Shown one piece after another: positions 1-1,581 of a stretch of 1,581 nucleotides of DNA (position 1 is its first letter; each line of letters starts with the position of its first letter). The notes beneath the pieces were generated by a model that ran no database searches, was not told the origin of the DNA, and saw only the letters and a program-made list of their open reading frames with translations. The DNA lies in assembly GCA_000004985.1 (NCBI GenBank), contig GG739375.1; one strand, written 5' to 3'. Made by a program: the position numbers and the translations under genes. This stretch comes from Naegleria gruberi. Lineage: Eukaryota.

Positions 1-7
1 GTGCAGG

Positions 8-40
8 TTTGAATTTGAAGTTGAATTTGAACCTCAAATT
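8..40. repeat. Tandem 12-nt direct repeat (tttgaatttgaag / ttgaatttgaac, 8-32) overlapping a perfect 7-bp inverted repeat with a 3-nt loop (aatttga-acc-tcaaatt, 24-40)
   Basis: Read directly. Unit 1 is at 9-19 (ttgaatttgaa) and unit 2 at 21-31 (ttgaatttgaa). aatttga at 24-30 is the exact reverse complement of tcaaatt at 34-40. Confidence 0.7.
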
Positions 41-88
41 GGTGTCGGAAGAAAAGCTATATGCTAGAGCAATTGGTATCTAGTTGAA

Positions 89-100
89 AATAATTATAAT
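89..100 (+). promoter_or_regulatory. Candidate TATA-like element (aataattataat) about 150 nt upstream of the ATG
   Basis: This is the only TATA-like string in the 5' flank. It is a plausible core promoter for a TSS near 125-135. The call rests on sequence resemblance only. Confidence 0.2.
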
Positions 101-182
101 GCCAGGCAAAGTATTGAAATCACATTACAGAGAAAGTTAATATTGTTGGTTAAAAAAGACAACTGAAAGAAGTTTGCTGTAA

Positions 183-251
183 ATTTTCCCTCCAAATAAA
201 CTACAATTTCAACAACCCTTAAAACCAAAAAAACAAACGTTAAAAATGAAC
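183..251 (+). promoter_or_regulatory. A/C-rich 5' leader and translation start context (…aaaaccaaaaaaacaaacgttaaaaATGaac)
   Basis: The leader is pyrimidine-poor, has no G run and no upstream ATG in this stretch, and the A-rich start context is typical of AT-rich protists. No AG dinucleotide occurs between the in-frame stop at 180-182 and the ATG, so a spliced-in upstream coding exon in this frame is excluded. Confidence 0.45.
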
Positions 252-1581
252 GGAAATCACCACGCAGCAGCATCTCTCAATGAAGATGATGAAGACAATG
301 ATGAATCACGAACAAATCTCAATGATGATAGTAAGAATGAGGAAGAACATCCAAGAAATAATCAACCTCAACCATCACAATATCCAACATCTTCTCTTCA
401 ACAACAACAACAATTTCATCATGAGGCTGAGGAGGAAGTTTATTCAGACGATGAAGATGAAGATGATAATAACAGTACGGATATCAATCAAGATGACTTT
501 GGAACACAAGTAAATTTTGAACAACAATATTATAAACAAAAAGGTCCAATACGAGAGAAGAAAACCTCTGAAACCAATACTGAGGGAGAATATGTAATAC
601 ATCCACGTCCAGCCAATTATAATACAGCACCCAAACCAGCCTATCAAATACAATTAGAAATTTACTATGGTGAAGAATTTCCCAACAAGACAGTCATTGT
701 CAATGTATATAATGAAAATATTCAAAAACCATTCCTAGGTGGATTTAGAAATACAGTTAATAATCTATTATATCATCATGCATCAACACAAACTGAATCA
801 CAAAATCAAAAACAAAGAAATGTACAATTATATCATAGAGAAACACAAACTAAAAAGTTTTCAAGTCAAGCTCAACAAACATTACGAGAACAAGGTACAC
901 AAATGGAAAAACCAGGATTAACCATAGATACCAGTGGAGATCGAGTTATTAAAGCTTCAACATATTATTTTGATTATGAAATGTTAAGAAAATTACAAAT
1001 TGAAATGGCTGTAAAAATTCAAAGAAATGTTCGTAGATGGATTGCAAAGAGGAGAGCTGATAAAATACGTGAGGAGAGAGAAGAAGAATTTCAAGAAACA
1101 ATTTATAGAGCTCAACAATTTGATGAATTACAAAGCTCAAAAAAACAAAAAGAAATTAAGAGAAGAATGCATCCAAGAAAAGCTCAAGATTTTGCAATCA
1201 TGTATGAAGAATTAGAAGCATGGAGAATTAAAGAAACTGAAGATATTAATTCAACAACAAAGGCTGGAACTATTGAAAGAAAACATGCAATGAAAGAATT
1301 ATTAAGAAAACAAACAAAATTATTACAAACAATTGATAGATTGAAAATTGTTGCAAATCAACAAAACAAACAAGAAAATATTCAAAAAGATTTAGAAAAG
1401 ATGGCTCAACCTAAAAAAGTTGAATATTCAAATACAACACGTGTTAATTATAATAGAGCTAGAGTATTAAAGGAAGGTAGTTCACAATTAAATGAACCAC
1501 ATGAAGATTCAACAACAACAACAGAAGTAGAAACACCATTCACAGTTAGAGCAAAGGAATTGAGAGATTTATATTATGGAT
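246..1581 (+). CDS. 3'-partial CDS (445 codons in window, continues past 1581). IQ-motif-containing protein with acidic, Q-rich N-terminus; candidate IQUB-like (IQ motif and ubiquitin-like domain family) homolog
   Basis: Manual translation in + frame 3 from ATG 246-248 has no stop codon to the window end. The frame opens after TAA at 180-182, and 246 is the first ATG. Start context is A-rich (aaaaATGaac). Synonymous choice is strongly biased throughout (CAA, AAA, GAA, AAT, TTA, AGA, CCA, TCA, ACA, GAT), as expected for real coding sequence in an AT-rich eukaryote. The ORF contains a textbook IQ motif and conserved-looking blocks. It is absent from the supplied ORF track, presumably because no stop lies in the window. 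Confidence 0.85.
   Translation, partial: MNGNHHAAASLNEDDEDNDESRTNLNDDSKNEEEHPRNNQPQPSQYPTSSLQQQQQFHHEAEEEVYSDDEDEDDNNSTDINQDDFGTQVNFEQQYYKQKGPIREKKTSETNTEGEYVIHPRPANYNTAPKPAYQIQLEIYYGEEFPNKTVIVNVYNENIQKPFLGGFRNTVNNLLYHHASTQTESQNQKQRNVQLYHRETQTKKFSSQAQQTLREQGTQMEKPGLTIDTSGDRVIKASTYYFDYEMLRKLQIEMAVKIQRNVRRWIAKRRADKIREEREEEFQETIYRAQQFDELQSSKKQKEIKRRMHPRKAQDFAIMYEELEAWRIKETEDINSTTKAGTIERKHAMKELLRKQTKLLQTIDRLKIVANQQNKQENIQKDLEKMAQPKKVEYSNTTRVNYNRARVLKEGSSQLNEPHEDSTTTTEVETPFTVRAKELRDLYYG
282..497 (+). other. Acidic low-complexity N-terminal region (D/E-rich segments flanking a Q5 tract). Contains CK2-type S/T-x-x-D/E sites such as YSDDEDEDD
   Basis: Translation gives NEDDEDNDESRTNLNDDSKNEEEH ... 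QQQQQFHHEAEEEVYSDDEDEDDNNSTDINQDDF. No stops, and codon usage is consistent with the rest of the CDS. Confidence 0.6.
399..413 (+). repeat. (CAA)5 trinucleotide microsatellite encoding Q5, preceded by a CT-rich run (tcttctctt)
   Basis: caacaacaacaacaa is read in frame as five CAA Gln codons. Confidence 0.9.
726..752 (+). other. Conserved-looking motif KPFLGGFRN (aa 161-169), preceded by a predicted beta-hairpin (IQLEIYYGEEFPNKTVIVNVY)
   Basis: Direct translation. The motif resembles a KPFLGGFR(H/N) block I recall in IQUB orthologues. This is from memory and unverified. Confidence 0.35.
1011..1055 (+). other. IQ calmodulin-binding motif (VKIQRNVRRWIAKRR) encoded within the CDS
   Basis: Translation of nt 1011-1055 gives V-K-I-Q-R-N-V-R-R-W-I-A-K-R-R. 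This fits the IQ consensus [ILV]Qxxx[RK]xxxx[RK]xx with a hydrophobic residue (W) in between. It is followed by a basic/acidic helical stretch RADKIREEREEEFQ. Confidence 0.7.
1510..1523 (+). repeat. CAA/ACA trinucleotide microsatellite read as (ACA)4, giving a T4 tract
   Basis: caacaacaacaaca is the same nucleotide repeat as at 399-413 but phased so that the codons are ACA (Thr). Confidence 0.85.

Noticed and set aside
95-100. tataat resembling a bacterial -10 box
   Set aside because: The locus is clearly eukaryotic: it has a poly-Q tract, an IQ motif, eukaryotic codon usage and no Shine-Dalgarno sequence. If the string is functional at all it would be a TATA-like core promoter element, not a sigma70 promoter.
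280-513. Track ORF + strand, 77 aa (MKMMKTMMNHEQISMM…)
   Set aside because: It is frame 1 inside the long frame-3 CDS. Its M/K/I-rich low-complexity translation is what results from reading the A-rich coding strand out of frame. It has no independent start context.
510-543. Possible mini-intron (gtaaat … caaaaag|gt) inside the CDS
   Set aside because: The span is only about 34 nt, far below the minimum intron length in AT-rich protists and not a multiple of 3. The reading frame, codon bias and plausible peptide continue straight through it, so it is treated as coding.
444-653. Track ORF - strand, 69 aa (MYLIGWFGCCIIIGW…)
   Set aside because: It is antisense to the well-supported CDS. Its hydrophobic I/F/L-rich translation is the expected complement artefact of an A-rich sense strand. 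It is short and has no supporting signals.
739-921. Track ORF + strand, 60 aa (MDLEIQLIIYYIIMHQHK…)
   Set aside because: It is an out-of-frame ORF (frame 1) nested in the main CDS, and the main frame reads through this region without interruption.
949-1140. Track ORF - strand, 63 aa
   Set aside because: It is antisense to the region encoding the IQ motif. The IQ motif and the charged helix on the + strand are far more credible than this alternative.
1027-1215. Track ORF + strand, 62 aa (MFVDGLQRGELIKYVRREKKNFKK…)
   Set aside because: It is frame 1 overlapping the frame-3 CDS. The K/E richness is a by-product of the GAA/AAA-rich sense codons shifted by one base.
1-1581. Prokaryotic defence or other novel bacterial system
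   Set aside because: No operon structure, ribosome-binding site, CRISPR repeats or bacterial-style gene density is present. The single long ORF has eukaryotic hallmarks, so the window was interpreted as a eukaryotic protein-coding gene.

Overview
This window looks like a single protein-coding locus from an AT-rich eukaryote. It is not prokaryotic and not a defence island. About 245 nt of 5' flank (1-245) is followed by one uninterrupted + strand ORF (frame 3) from the ATG at 246 to the window end at 1581: 445 codons with no stop, so the CDS continues beyond the window. This ORF is missing from the supplied ORF track, presumably because it has no in-window stop. All five ORFs in the track are short out-of-frame or antisense ORFs nested inside it. 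Translating by hand gives an acidic N-terminus (D/E-rich with a Q5 tract), then KPFLGGFRN (aa 161-169), then a canonical IQ calmodulin-binding motif (VKIQRNVRRWIAKRR, aa 256-270, nt 1011-1055), then a highly charged helical stretch, then a C-terminal block ending ...TPFTVRAKELRDLYYG. The motif order (KPFLGGFR, then an IQ motif about 95 aa later, then the DF..Y..LE.WR / ..ERK.A..ELL / FT[IV]RA[KR]EL blocks) matches my unverified recollection of the IQUB family (IQ motif and ubiquitin-like domain protein). IQUB is a ciliary/flagellar radial-spoke-associated protein. I cannot confirm this without a database search. Codon usage is Dictyostelium-like: CAA for all ~45 Gln, with AAA, GAA, AAT, TTA, AGA, CCA, TCA and ACA favoured. 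The start context is A-rich (aaaaATGa). No in-frame TAA or TAG occurs, which argues for the standard code and against a ciliate. The 5' flank is only about 65% A+T by eye. That is less extreme than Dictyostelium discoideum intergenic DNA, so the source could be another AT-rich protist, possibly a flagellated one. Minor features: a 12-nt tandem duplication overlapping a perfect 7-bp hairpin at the 5' edge, a weak TATA-like element, and two CAA-type microsatellites read in different codon phases (poly-Q and poly-T).
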